Assembly (NCBI RefSeq): GCF_055900595.2
Contig: NZ_CM148325.1
Length of the DNA stretch: 64,000 nucleotides
Reading direction: 5' to 3' (one strand)
The translations under genes and the position numbers were made by a program. Shown here one piece after another: positions 21,426 through 32,471 of this stretch. The notes under the pieces are model-generated. The model ran no database searches and was not told the origin of the DNA. It worked only from the letters and a program-made list of their open reading frames with translations. Numbering within the stretch: position 1 is the stretch's first letter; every line of letters begins with the position of its first letter.

Positions 21426-22736
21426 ATGGAGTCTTTGAATCAATTTATTAATTCGCTTGCCCCAAAATTATCGCACTGGCGACGTGATTTTCACCACTAT
21501 GCAGAGTCTGGCTGGGTGGAATTCCGCACTGCTACCCTTGTTGCGGAAGAATTCCACCAGCTCGGTTATTCACTGGCGCTGGGCCGCGAAGTCGTTAATG
21601 AAAGTAGCCGGATGGGATTACCTGATGAATTCACTCTACAACGCGAATTCGAGCGCGCTCGTCAACAGGGGGCGCTAGAACAATGGATTGCGGCTTTTGA
21701 AGGCGGTTTCACTGGCATCGTCGCTACCCTGGATACCGGTCGCCCCGGTCCAGTGATGGCTTTCCGTGTCGATATGGACGCGCTGGATCTCAGTGAAGAA
21801 CGGGATGTCAGCCATCGCCCCTATCGCGACGGTTTTGCGTCATGTAACGCCGGAATGATGCATGCCTGTGGTCATGATGGACATACCGCCATTGGGCTTG
21901 GGCTGGCGCATACCTTTAAACAGTTCGAGTCCGGACTACATGGCATCATCAAACTGATTTTTCAACCTGCAGAAGAAGGTACGCGTGGCGCGCGGGCGAT
22001 GGTCGATGCAGGAGTAGTGGATGATGTTGATTATTTTACTGCTGTGCACATTGGCACTGGTGTACCTGCGGGCACAGTAGTGTGCGGCAGTGATAATTTT
22101 ATGGCAACCACCAAATTTGACGCGCACTTCACCGGGACCGCCGCTCACGCAGGCGCAAAACCAGAAGACGGTCACAATGCCTTACTGGCGGCAGCACAAG
22201 CAACTCTTGCGCTGCATGGAATCGCCCCGCACAGCGAAGGGGCTTCCAGAGTAAACGTGGGCGTTATGCAGGCAGGAAGCGGTCGTAATGTGGTTCCTGC
22301 CTCGGCGTTGCTGAAAGTGGAAACACGCGGGGCCAGCGATGTCATTAATCAATATGTTTTTGACCGTGCACAACAAGCGATTCAGGGCGCAGCAGCCATG
22401 TATGGTGTCGGCGTTGAAACTCGGCTGATGGGTGCAGCTACCGCCAGTTCTCCTTCGCCGCAATGGGTCGCATGGTTACAAAGCCAGGCGGCTCAGGTCG
22501 CGGGGGTCAATCAGGCCATTGAACGTGTTGAGGCGCCTGCGGGTTCCGAAGATGCCACATTAATGATGGCCCGCGTGCAGCGACATCAAGGGCAAGCCTC
22601 CTATATGGTGTTTGGCACACAGCTGGCGGCAGGTCATCACAACGAAAAATTCGATTTTGACGAGCAGGTTCTCGCTATTGCCGTCGAAACGCTGGCGCGC
22701 ACCGCGCTTAATTTTCCCTGGACGCGAGGTATCTGA
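21426..22736 (+). CDS. abgA: p-Aminobenzoyl-glutamate hydrolase subunit A (M20 peptidase)
   Basis: Track ORF 21411..22736; start moved to MESLNQFIN (436 aa). Confidence 0.9.
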   Translation: MESLNQFINSLAPKLSHWRRDFHHYAESGWVEFRTATLVAEEFHQLGYSLALGREVVNESSRMGLPDEFTLQREFERARQQGALEQWIAAFEGGFTGIVATLDTGRPGPVMAFRVDMDALDLSEERDVSHRPYRDGFASCNAGMMHACGHDGHTAIGLGLAHTFKQFESGLHGIIKLIFQPAEEGTRGARAMVDAGVVDDVDYFTAVHIGTGVPAGTVVCGSDNFMATTKFDAHFTGTAAHAGAKPEDGHNALLAAAQATLALHGIAPHSEGASRVNVGVMQAGSGRNVVPASALLKVETRGASDVINQYVFDRAQQAIQGAAAMYGVGVETRLMGAATASSPSPQWVAWLQSQAAQVAGVNQAIERVEAPAGSEDATLMMARVQRHQGQASYMVFGTQLAAGHHNEKFDFDEQVLAIAVETLARTALNFPWTRGI

Positions 22737-24181
22737 TGCAGGAAATCTATCGTTTTATCGACGATGCGATTGAAGCCGATCGCCAACGTTATACCGATAT
22801 TGCTGATCAAATCTGGGATCATCCAGAAACACGTTTTGAAGAGTTCTGGTCAGCGGAACATCTGGCTTCGGCGCTGGAATCTGCAGGCTTCACCGTGACT
22901 CGCAACGTAGGCAATATCCCAAATGCCTTTATTGCTTCGTTTGGTCAAGACAAACCGGTTATCGCCTTGCTGGGGGAATATGACGCCCTGGCAGGTTTAA
23001 GTCAGCAAGCAGGTTGCGCGCAGCCTACATCCACGACGCCCGGTGAAAATGGTCACGGTTGCGGACACAATTTGCTGGGAACCGCCGCTTTTGCCGCAGC
23101 AATAGCCGTCAAGAAATGGCTGGAACAATATGGGCAAGGCGGCACGGTGCGCTTTTATGGTTGTCCTGGCGAAGAAGGCGGCTCGGGAAAAACGTTCATG
23201 GTCCGCGAGGGGTTATTTGATGATGTGGATGCGGCACTCACCTGGCACCCGGAAGCCTTTGCCGGTATGTTCAATACCCGCACGCTGGCAAATATTCAAG
23301 CATCATGGCGCTTTAAAGGGATCGCAGCACATGCTGCAAATTCCCCTCATTTGGGACGCAGCGCCCTTGATGCCGTAACGTTGATGACCACTGGCACCAA
23401 CTTCCTCAACGAACATATTATTGAAAAAGCGCGCGTACACTATGCCATCACAGAGAGCGGCGGGATCTCGCCCAACGTGGTCCAGGCGCAGGCAGAAGTG
23501 CTTTATCTTATCCGCGCCCCCGAAATGACCGACGTGCAGCATATTTATGATCGGGTAGCCAAAATCGCCGAAGGTGCGGCATTGATGACCGAAACCACGG
23601 TTGAATGCCGCTTCGACAAAGCCTGTTCCAGTTATCTCCCGAATCGCACCTTAGAAAAGGTCATGTACCAGGCTCTGTCCCATTTTGGAACCCCTGAATG
23701 GAAATCCGAAGAACTGGCTTTTGCGAAACAAATTCAGGCTACGCTCACCCCCAACGATCGGCAAAACAGTCTGAATAATATTGCCGCAACCGGTGGAGAA
23801 AACGGCAAGGCTTTTGCAATACGTCATCGTGAAACGGTACTGGCGAATGAAGTCGCTCCATATGCCGCCACCGATAACGTGCTTGCGGCATCGACTGATG
23901 TCGGCGACGTCAGTTGGAAACTGCCTGTTGCCCAGTGTTTCAGCCCCTGTTTCGCCGTCGGTACACCGCTACATACGTGGCAACTGGTTAGCCAGGGGCG
24001 AACGTCTATTGCTCATAAAGGAATGCTGCTGGCGGCGAAAACTATGGCAGCAACCACACTCAATCTCTTCAATGTTTCAGGGCTATTGCAAGAATGCCAA
24101 CAAGAGCATCAGCAAGTTACGGACACGCAACCGTATCACTGCCCTATTCCGAAAAACGTGACACCGTCACCTTTAAAATAA
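22736..24181 (+). CDS. abgB: p-Aminobenzoyl-glutamate hydrolase subunit B (M20 peptidase)
   Basis: 481-aa ORF; start codon overlaps abgA stop. Confidence 0.9.
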   Translation: MQEIYRFIDDAIEADRQRYTDIADQIWDHPETRFEEFWSAEHLASALESAGFTVTRNVGNIPNAFIASFGQDKPVIALLGEYDALAGLSQQAGCAQPTSTTPGENGHGCGHNLLGTAAFAAAIAVKKWLEQYGQGGTVRFYGCPGEEGGSGKTFMVREGLFDDVDAALTWHPEAFAGMFNTRTLANIQASWRFKGIAAHAANSPHLGRSALDAVTLMTTGTNFLNEHIIEKARVHYAITESGGISPNVVQAQAEVLYLIRAPEMTDVQHIYDRVAKIAEGAALMTETTVECRFDKACSSYLPNRTLEKVMYQALSHFGTPEWKSEELAFAKQIQATLTPNDRQNSLNNIAATGGENGKAFAIRHRETVLANEVAPYAATDNVLAASTDVGDVSWKLPVAQCFSPCFAVGTPLHTWQLVSQGRTSIAHKGMLLAAKTMAATTLNLFNVSGLLQECQQEHQQVTDTQPYHCPIPKNVTPSPLK

Positions 24182-24217
24182 CAACAACAACGCAAACACA
24201 ACAATCGAGGAATGCCC

Positions 24218-25744
24218 ATGAGTATGTCATCCATACCGTCATCCTCCCAATCCGGGAAGCTCTATGGCTGGGTCGAAAGAATTGGTAACAAGGTTCCCCA
24301 TCCTTTTTTGCTCTTTATCTATTTGATTATCGTACTCATGGTGACGACGGCAATTTTGTCGGCCTTTGGCGTCAGTGCGAAAAACCCGACCGATGGTACG
24401 CCAGTGGTCGTGAAAAACCTGCTCAGTGTGGAAGGATTACACTGGTTTTTACCCAATGTGATTAAAAACTTTAGCGGTTTTGCCCCACTAGGCGCGATCC
24501 TGGCGCTGGTTTTAGGTGCTGGTCTGGCGGAGCGCGTCGGCTTACTGCCAGCGTTGATGGTTAAAATGGCATCGCATGTGAATGCTCGCTACGCCAGTTA
24601 TATGGTGCTGTTTATTGCTTTTTTCAGCCACATTTCTTCCGATGCGGCGTTAGTGATCATGCCACCGATGGGTGCGCTAATTTTTCTGGCGGTGGGCAGG
24701 CATCCAGTTGCAGGTTTACTGGCCGCCATTGCAGGCGTAGGTTGCGGCTTTACGGCTAATTTACTGATTGTCACAACCGACGTGTTGCTGTCGGGGATCA
24801 GCACGGAAGCTGCGGCTGCATTCAATCCGCAAATGCACGTCAGTGTAATTGATAACTGGTATTTTATGGCCAGCTCCGTAGTCGTACTGACGGTTGTTGG
24901 CGGCCTGATAACCGACAAAATCATTGAGCCACGGTTAGGTCAATGGCAGGGAAACAGCGATGAGAAACTGCAAACCTTGACCGAAAGTCAGCGTTTTGGT
25001 TTACGCATAGCAGGTGTCGTATCGCTACTTTTTATTGCTGCGATTGCGCTGATGGTAATCCCGGTAAACGGTATATTGCGCGATCCGATTAATCACACCG
25101 TGATGCCATCCCCCTTTATTAAAGGTATCGTGCCACTGATCATTCTTTTTTTCTTTGTGGTCTCGCTGGCTTATGGCATCGCTACCCGCACAATTCGACG
25201 TCAGGCGGATTTACCGCATTTAATGATTGAACCGATGAAAGAGATGGCGGGATTTATCGTGATGGTTTTTCCCCTGGCCCAGTTTGTCGCCATGTTTAAC
25301 TGGAGCAACATGGGGAAATTCATCGCTGTGGGGCTGACCGATATACTCGAAAGTTCAGGGCTTAGCGGCATCCCGGCGTTTGTCGGTCTGGCGTTGCTTT
25401 CCTCTTTCTTATGCATGTTTATCGCTAGCGGTTCCGCAATCTGGTCGATTCTGGCCCCCATTTTCGTACCAATGTTTATGCTACTTGGCTTTCACCCGGC
25501 ATTTGCGCAAATCCTCTTTCGTATTGCCGACTCATCCGTATTGCCTTTAGCGCCGGTATCTCCTTTTGTTCCACTGTTTCTTGGATTCCTGCAACGCTAC
25601 AAACCAGACGCGAAACTGGGTACTTACTATTCGTTAGTTTTGCCCTATCCACTTATCTTTTTGGTGGTATGGCTGCTGATGTTGCTGGCGTGGTATCTTG
25701 TTGGTCTGCCGATAGGTCCGGGGATTTACCCTCGTTTGTCTTAA
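24218..25744 (+). CDS. abgT: p-Aminobenzoyl-glutamate transporter AbgT
   Basis: Track ORF 24212..25744; start moved to MSMSSIPSS (508 aa); polytopic membrane protein. Confidence 0.9.
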
Positions 25745-25754
25745 GAGAGAACGG

Positions 25755-26270
25755 ATGCTGAGATTACTTGAAGAAAAAATTGCCACGCCACTGGGTCCAC
25801 TGTGGGTGATTTGCGATGAGCAATTTCGCCTGCGGGCGGTTGAATGGGAAGAGTACAGCGAACGCATGGTGCAACTGCTGGACATCCATTACCGCAAAGA
25901 AGGCTATGAACGCATTTCTGCCACCAACCCAGGTGGTTTAAGCGACAAGCTTCGTGAATATTTTGCCGGTAATCTTAGCATTATTGATACGCTTCCCACT
26001 GCCACGGGGGGGACGCCATTTCAGCGCGAAGTCTGGAAAACATTACGCACAATCCCCTGCGGGCAGGTAATGCATTACGGCCAACTGGCTGAACAATTGG
26101 GCCGCCCCGGCGCGGCGCGTGCCGTAGGTGCGGCAAATGGATCGAATCCCATCAGCATTGTTGTGCCTTGTCATCGGGTCATTGGCAGAAACGGTACCAT
26201 GACCGGATATGCAGGCGGAGTTCAGCGAAAAGAGTGGTTATTGCGCCACGAAGGTTATCTTTTGCTGTAA
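25755..26270 (+). CDS. ogt: O6-alkylguanine-DNA alkyltransferase Ogt
   Basis: 171-aa ORF with active-site PCHRV motif (VVPCHRVIG). Confidence 0.9.
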
Positions 26271-26431
26271 ACATTAAACAATTTGTGCCAGCTTGTTCAC
26301 ACTTTTATGTAAAGTTACCCTTAACAACTTAAGGGTTTTCAAATAGATAGACATATATTTACATCTAATATCGGAATTCTCTGCTGTTAAGGTTTGCTTA
26401 GACTTACTTGCTCCCTAAAAAGATGTTAAAA

Positions 26432-26445
26432 TTGACAAATATCAA
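26432..26445 (+). promoter_or_regulatory. Putative FNR box at the fnr promoter (autoregulation)
   Basis: TTGAC-aaat-ATCAA, near-perfect match to TTGAT-N4-ATCAA, 20 nt upstream of the fnr ATG. Confidence 0.6.
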
Positions 26446-26464
26446 TTACGGCTTGAGCAGACCT

Positions 26465-27217
26465 ATGATCCCGGAAAAGCGAATTATACGGCGCATTCAG
26501 TCTGGCGGTTGTGCTATCCATTGCCAGGATTGCAGCATCAGCCAGCTTTGCATCCCGTTCACACTCAACGAACATGAGCTTGATCAGCTTGATAATATCA
26601 TTGAGCGAAAGAAGCCTATTCAGAAAGGCCAGACGCTGTTTAAGGCTGGTGATGAACTTAAATCGCTTTATGCCATCCGCTCCGGTACGATTAAAAGTTA
26701 TACCATCACTGAGCAAGGCGACGAGCAAATCACTGGTTTCCATTTAGCAGGCGACCTGGTGGGATTTGATGCCATCGGCAGTGGTCATCACCCAAGCTTC
26801 GCGCAGGCGCTGGAAACCTCGATGGTATGTGAAATCCCGTTCGAAACGCTGGACGATTTGTCCGGTAAAATGCCGAATCTGCGTCAGCAGATGATGCGTC
26901 TGATGAGCGGTGAAATCAAAGGCGATCAGGACATGATCCTGCTGTTGTCGAAGAAAAATGCCGAGGAGCGTCTGGCTGCATTCATCTACAACCTGTCCCG
27001 TCGTTTTGCCCAACGCGGCTTCTCCCCTCGTGAATTCCGCCTGACGATGACTCGTGGCGATATCGGTAACTATCTGGGCCTGACGGTAGAAACCATCAGC
27101 CGTCTGCTGGGTCGCTTCCAGAAAAGCGGTATGCTGGCAGTCAAAGGTAAATACATCACCATCGAAAATAACGATGCGCTGGCCCAGCTTGCTGGTCATA
27201 CGCGTAACGTTGCCTGA
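26465..27217 (+). CDS. fnr: Anaerobic transcription regulator FNR
   Basis: Track ORF 26408..27217; start moved to [23 protein letters not shown] (250 aa); N-terminal Cys cluster and C-terminal HTH. Confidence 0.95.
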
Positions 27218-27368
27218 TTTTTCCGCATAACTCACTATCCTTCTGTCATATCATTAAATTTTTCTGATTTATTGATCTGACAGAAGGTTCATCACTGTTT
27301 CATTCACCAGATATGGGTTAATCTTTTAATTACAAACTGCGTTGACAGTTGTTGTAAGGAGACCCTGT

Positions 27369-28319
27369 ATGGCTATGTATCAGAACATGCTCGTTGTTAT
27401 CGATCCTAACCAGGACGACCAACCAGCATTGCGGCGAGCTGTTTATTTACATCAACGGATTGGTGGCAAAATTAAAGCCTTTTTGCCGATCTATGACTTC
27501 TCATACGAAATGACCACCCTGCTCTCCCCGGACGAACGTACCGCTATGCGTCAGGGCGTCATCAGCCAGCGAACAGCCTGGATCCACGAGCAGGCAAAAT
27601 ATTATCTCAATGCTGGCGTTCCCATTGAAATTAAAGTGGTCTGGCATAACCGTCCATTCGAAGCCATCATTCAGGAAGTGATCAGCGGCGGACACGATTT
27701 GGTGCTAAAAATGGCGCACCAACATGACCGTCTGGAAGCGGTGATTTTTACGCCAACGGACTGGCATCTGTTACGCAAATGCCCAAGCCCGGTGTGGATG
27801 GTGAAAGACCAGCCGTGGCCGGAAGGGGGTAAGGCGCTGGTGGCGGTGAATCTCGCCAGTGAAGAGCCGTACCATAATGCGCTCAATGAAAAACTGGTTA
27901 AAGAGACGATCGAACTGGCGGAACAAGTTAATCATACCGAAGTTCATCTGGTTGGCGCTTATCCGGTAACGCCAATTAATATCGCGATTGAACTGCCGGA
28001 ATTTGATCCGAGCGTTTATAACGATGCCATTCGTGGGCAACATTTGCTGGCTATGAAAGCCCTGCGGCAGAAATTCGGCATTAATGAAAACATGACACAC
28101 GTTGAAAAAGGTCTACCAGAAGAGGTGATTCCTGATTTGGCGGAGCACTTACAGGCGGGGATTGTGGTTCTGGGAACGGTCGGACGCACCGGTATTTCAG
28201 CAGCATTCCTCGGCAACACGGCGGAACAAGTGATTGATCATCTTCGCTGCGACCTGCTGGTCATTAAACCTGACCAGTATCAGACACCCGTTGAACTGGA
28301 TGACGAAGAAGACGATTAA
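27369..28319 (+). CDS. uspE: Universal stress protein E (tandem Usp domains)
   Basis: Track ORF 27342..28319; start moved to [17 protein letters not shown] (316 aa). Confidence 0.9.
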   Translation: MAMYQNMLVVIDPNQDDQPALRRAVYLHQRIGGKIKAFLPIYDFSYEMTTLLSPDERTAMRQGVISQRTAWIHEQAKYYLNAGVPIEIKVVWHNRPFEAIIQEVISGGHDLVLKMAHQHDRLEAVIFTPTDWHLLRKCPSPVWMVKDQPWPEGGKALVAVNLASEEPYHNALNEKLVKETIELAEQVNHTEVHLVGAYPVTPINIAIELPEFDPSVYNDAIRGQHLLAMKALRQKFGINENMTHVEKGLPEEVIPDLAEHLQAGIVVLGTVGRTGISAAFLGNTAEQVIDHLRCDLLVIKPDQYQTPVELDDEEDD

Positions 28320-28340
28320 CGACTCTTCAATAACTGACAA

Positions 28341-28366
28341 GGCCCGAGTTATCGGGCCTATTTTTT
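28341..28366 (+). terminator. Intrinsic terminator after uspE
   Basis: Hairpin GGCCCGAGTTATCGGGCC followed by TATTTTTT. Confidence 0.55.
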
Positions 28367-28368
28367 AC

Positions 28369-28626
28369 TTACTGCTCTTCGCCGCCAAGGAAATAAATGC
28401 CCAACGGGATTGCCAGCAACACAGTAAAGACCAGGCTATAAACAAAAATCATTGATGACTGAATCACATACATTGATGTCGTCCACTCAGACAGCGGAAT
28501 ATTGTACTGTTCTATCACGCCGCCGATGGTCGCGCGAGTCACAACCGACGCCGCAATAATGAAAACCGCCAACAAACCAAAGAGAAATTTCTTCCCTTTC
28601 GCTGACTTCAGTTTCGCCATAATCAT
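28369..28626 (-). CDS. ynaJ: Small inner-membrane protein YnaJ
   Basis: 85-aa ORF with two predicted TM helices (MIMAKLKSAKGKKFLFGLLAVFIIAAS...). Confidence 0.8.
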   Translation of the reverse strand: MIMAKLKSAKGKKFLFGLLAVFIIAASVVTRATIGGVIEQYNIPLSEWTTSMYVIQSSMIFVYSLVFTVLLAIPLGIYFLGGEEQ

Positions 28627-28869
28627 GATGTAATCCTTGTGCAGACAAATTTTTTGTTACCTCTATGCAACAATACCATGACATTTCACTCTTGTCTGCT
28701 CTGAAAACCTCACCTCTTAGCCGGATTTACAATCAATGCATTGATTTGTTAGCTAATGTTGCTACTTACTTCCCTGACTATTGATGATCTGAATGAATTG
28801 TCGCGGTAAAATATCCCCGCCAGGGGTTTCCGGCATGACGACAATTATCTGGAGGAGCCTGATAAAACA

Positions 28870-29901
28870 ATGATCGCTGAACTGTTTACAAATAATGCGC
28901 TTAATCTGGTCATTATTTTCGGTAGCTGCGCAGCATTGATTCTGATGAGCTTTTGGTTTCGCCGTGGAAATCGTAAAAGAAAAGGGTTTTTATTCCATGC
29001 GGTGCAATTTTTCATCTACACCATAATTATCAGTGCTGTTGGTAGCATCATTAATTATGTTATAGAAAACTATAAACTCAAATTTATCACCCCAGGCGTT
29101 ATCGATTTTATCTGTACGTCCCTGATTGCGGTTATTCTGACGATTAAACTATTTCTGCTGATAAATCAGTTTGAAAAACAGCAGATTAAAAAAGGTCGCG
29201 ATATCACCAGTGCGCGGATTATGTCGCGTATCATCAAAATCACCATTATTGTGGTACTTGTTTTGCTTTATGGCGAACATTTCGGCATGAGCCTTTCTGG
29301 CTTGTTGACCTTTGGTGGTATTGGTGGTCTGGCTGTCGGTATGGCCGGTAAAGATATTTTGAGTAATTTCTTTTCCGGGATTATGCTCTATTTCGACCGT
29401 CCTTTTAGTATTGGCGACTGGATCCGTTCACCGGACAGAAATATCGAAGGTACAGTAGCGGAAATTGGCTGGCGAATTACCAAAATTACGACCTTTGATA
29501 ATCGTCCATTGTACGTACCGAACTCGCTGTTTTCGTCAATCAGCGTAGAAAACCCTGGACGAATGACCAACCGGCGCATTACCACGACCATTGGTTTACG
29601 TTATGAGGATGCGGCAAAAGTGGGCGTTATTGTCGAAGCCGTACGTGAGATGCTGAAAAATCACCCGGCCATCGACCAGCGACAAACCTTACTGGTTTAT
29701 TTCAACCAGTTTGCTGACTCCTCATTGAATATTATGGTTTATTGCTTTACCAAAACCACGGTATGGGCTGAATGGCTTGCCGCCCAGCAGGATGTTTATT
29801 TGAAGATTATCGATATTGTACAGTCACACGGCGCGGATTTCGCGTTCCCAAGCCAGACGCTGTATATGGATAACATTACACCACCAGACCAGGGTCGTTA
29901 A
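28870..29901 (+). CDS. ynaI: MscS-family mechanosensitive channel YnaI
   Basis: 343-aa ORF with N-terminal TM helices and MscS-type C-terminal domain. Confidence 0.9.
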   Translation: MIAELFTNNALNLVIIFGSCAALILMSFWFRRGNRKRKGFLFHAVQFFIYTIIISAVGSIINYVIENYKLKFITPGVIDFICTSLIAVILTIKLFLLINQFEKQQIKKGRDITSARIMSRIIKITIIVVLVLLYGEHFGMSLSGLLTFGGIGGLAVGMAGKDILSNFFSGIMLYFDRPFSIGDWIRSPDRNIEGTVAEIGWRITKITTFDNRPLYVPNSLFSSISVENPGRMTNRRITTTIGLRYEDAAKVGVIVEAVREMLKNHPAIDQRQTLLVYFNQFADSSLNIMVYCFTKTTVWAEWLAAQQDVYLKIIDIVQSHGADFAFPSQTLYMDNITPPDQGR

Positions 29902-29912
29902 TTCAGACATCA

Positions 29913-29940
29913 CTGGCGTTACCCACAAGGGTAACGCCAG
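29913..29940. terminator. Strong hairpin between convergent ynaI and mppA (possible bidirectional terminator)
   Basis: Perfect 12-bp stem CTGGCGTTACCC-acaa-GGGTAACGCCAG; no clean T-run on either side. Confidence 0.4.
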
Positions 29941-29946
29941 TTCACA

Positions 29947-31560
29947 TCAATGTTTCACAATATACATAGTCCGGCTATACGCCACATCTTCCGGGTTATT
30001 AATGGGATAACCTTTCAGCCACGGTTTGATTAATCGTCCATTGGTATATTGATAAATTGGTGCAATCGGTGCTTGCTCCATGAGGATTTTTTCTGCCGCG
30101 TTGTAATCGGCATTACGCGCTTTAACGGTATTTTCCGTCGATGCCTGGGCCAAAACTTTGTCGTAGGCCGGGTTGTTAAAGCGTGAAATGTTGCCTGAAT
30201 GCGTTGACGTTAATAATGTCAGGAAGGTGGAGGGTTCATTATAATCCCCCACCCACGAGGCGCGGATAACATCAAAATTACCTGTATTACGACTATCGAT
30301 ATAGGTTTTCCATTCCTGATTTTGCAGTTTGACATCTACACCAAGGTTCTTTTTCCACATCGATGCCACAGCAATCGCAATTTTTTGATGGTTTTCTGAA
30401 GTATTATACAAAAGCGTCAGCTTCAGCGGTTTTTGCGGACCATAACCGGCTGCGCTCAACAAAGTTTTTGCCTGCGCATTCAGTTCTTCCTGACTCATTT
30501 GTTCAAACGGCGAAGGCTCCGGCGTGAATCCGGCAGTAACATCTGGCGTAAAATGCCACGCTGGTTTTTCGCCCGTCCCCAACACTTTTTCGGTCATCAG
30601 GCGGCGATCTATCGTCATACTTAATGCCAGGCGAACGCGCTGATCTGCCGTCGGCCCTTTTTGCGTGTTAAACGCATAATAATAGGTCCCGAGCTGCGGC
30701 GGCGTATAAACCTGCCCCGGAATATCCTTCAACAGCTTCTGATACATATTTTTCGGGAAGGATTCGGTGATATCAATATCCCCCGCGAGATAACGCTTAG
30801 TGGCAGCGGATTCCTGATTAATTGGCAGGAAGGTCACTTTTTGCAGTACCGTTTTGGCGTTATCCCAATAATGGGTATTCGGCACCACGACCAGTTTTTC
30901 ATTGACTACGCGCTCTTTAAGAACATAAGCGCCATTGCCGATCAGATTTCCGGGTTTCGTCCACTCTTTACTGCTTTCTACGTTGGCTTTTTGCACCGGG
31001 AAGAAGGCAAAGTTAGCGGTTAAATTCACAAACCACGGCAATGGTTTATCAAGCTGGATTTTCAAAGTATGGGCATCAACTGCGGTGACGCCAAGCTGGT
31101 CAGGCGTGGCTTTACCATCAATAATCGCCTGTGCGTTGTTGATTCCCGCCAGCGCGGCAAACCATGCAAATGGCGAAAGTGTTTTCGGGTCCACCAGACG
31201 CTGCCAGCTGTAGACAAAATCTTGCGCCGTTACCGGTGTGCCATCCGCCCATTTTGCGTTATCGCGCAGGGTAAAAGTCCAGATACGGTTGTCATTACTT
31301 TTCCACTGAGTCGCAACGCCAGGGACAATCTCCCCTTTCTCGTTCTGATTCACCAGTCCTTCAAATAGATCGCGAATGACCTGAATCTCTGGCAGGCCCA
31401 CGGCTTTAGCGGGATCCAGCGACGCAGGCTCATCTTTAATGTGGCGCACCAGCTCCTGCTTCTCTGCCAGTACTGTGCCGCTCGGAACTTCTGCAGCATA
31501 CGAAAGAGAAATGCTGCTGACCAACAGCGCACAACACGTGACTGAAACAGAGTGCTTCAT
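29947..31560 (-). CDS. mppA: Periplasmic murein tripeptide-binding protein MppA
   Basis: 537-aa ORF with signal peptide; OppA-like family 5 solute-binding protein. Confidence 0.9.
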   Translation of the reverse strand: MKHSVSVTCCALLVSSISLSYAAEVPSGTVLAEKQELVRHIKDEPASLDPAKAVGLPEIQVIRDLFEGLVNQNEKGEIVPGVATQWKSNDNRIWTFTLRDNAKWADGTPVTAQDFVYSWQRLVDPKTLSPFAWFAALAGINNAQAIIDGKATPDQLGVTAVDAHTLKIQLDKPLPWFVNLTANFAFFPVQKANVESSKEWTKPGNLIGNGAYVLKERVVNEKLVVVPNTHYWDNAKTVLQKVTFLPINQESAATKRYLAGDIDITESFPKNMYQKLLKDIPGQVYTPPQLGTYYYAFNTQKGPTADQRVRLALSMTIDRRLMTEKVLGTGEKPAWHFTPDVTAGFTPEPSPFEQMSQEELNAQAKTLLSAAGYGPQKPLKLTLLYNTSENHQKIAIAVASMWKKNLGVDVKLQNQEWKTYIDSRNTGNFDVIRASWVGDYNEPSTFLTLLTSTHSGNISRFNNPAYDKVLAQASTENTVKARNADYNAAEKILMEQAPIAPIYQYTNGRLIKPWLKGYPINNPEDVAYSRTMYIVKH

Positions 31561-31742
31561 AAGTTTCCCTCAAACCTGCGTTAATAATCATGCGTAATTA
31601 TTTGTTTCGCCTTAAAGAAATGCAAACAACTTCCGGCAAAAAAGTGATACAAGATCGATAACATAGCGTTGAAGAAAAGGATTTGATAATCCGCAAAATT
31701 TGCACAACACTGCCTGTAATACTTCCTGAACCAGAGACGATT

Positions 31743-32471
31743 ATGACCGTAACCCGCCCACGCGCCGAACGCGGCGCATTTCCGCCCGGAACAGAACATT
31801 ACGGACGTTCATTATTGGGCGCGCCTTTGATCTGGTTTCCGGCCCCAGCCGCCAGTCACGAAAGTGGTTTGATTCTGGCTGGCACCCACGGTGATGAAAA
31901 CTCTTCGGTCGTGACCCTCTCCTGTGCTCTGCGGACATTGACACCTTCTTTGCGCCGCCATCATGTGGTGCTGTGTGTGAATCCTGACGGTTGCCAGTTA
32001 GGGTTACGGGCCAATGCTAATGGCGTGGATTTAAATAGAAACTTTCCGGCAGCAAACTGGAAGGAAGGTGAAACGGTTTATCGCTGGAACAGCGCCGCTG
32101 AAGAACGTGATGTCGTTTTACTGACAGGTGACAAACCTGGCTCCGAACCTGAAACTCAGGCGCTGTGCCAGCTTATACATCGCATTCAACCTGCCTGGGT
32201 GGTCTCATTCCACGATCCACTGGCCTGTATTGAAGACCCCAGACACAGCGAATTAGGCGAATGGCTGGCCCAGGCGTTTGAATTGCCTCTGGTAACCAGC
32301 GTCGGTTATGAAACACCTGGCTCTTTCGGCAGTTGGTGTGCGGATCTCAACCTGCATTGCATCACCGCAGAGTTTCCGCCCATCTCCTCCGACGAAGCCA
32401 GCGAAAAATATCTCTTTGCGATGGCAAACTTGCTGCGCTGGCATCCTAAAGATGCAATTCGCCCGTTGTGA
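31743..32471 (+). CDS. mpaA: Murein peptide amidase A (gamma-D-Glu-Dap amidase)
   Basis: Track ORF 31683..32471; start moved to MTVTRPRAERG (242 aa); zinc carboxypeptidase-like HGDE motif. Confidence 0.85.
   Translation: MTVTRPRAERGAFPPGTEHYGRSLLGAPLIWFPAPAASHESGLILAGTHGDENSSVVTLSCALRTLTPSLRRHHVVLCVNPDGCQLGLRANANGVDLNRNFPAANWKEGETVYRWNSAAEERDVVLLTGDKPGSEPETQALCQLIHRIQPAWVVSFHDPLACIEDPRHSELGEWLAQAFELPLVTSVGYETPGSFGSWCADLNLHCITAEFPPISSDEASEKYLFAMANLLRWHPKDAIRPL

Noticed and set aside
26408-26464. N-terminally extended track starts for fnr, and similarly for mpaA (31683), tyrR (37836), ycjX (40499), ycjM (55041), puuC (62584), uspF (13360), dgcM (18136) and others
   Set aside because: The track takes the most upstream start, including TTG/GTG read as Met; internal Met codons give the lengths I recall for these proteins and have better RBS context.
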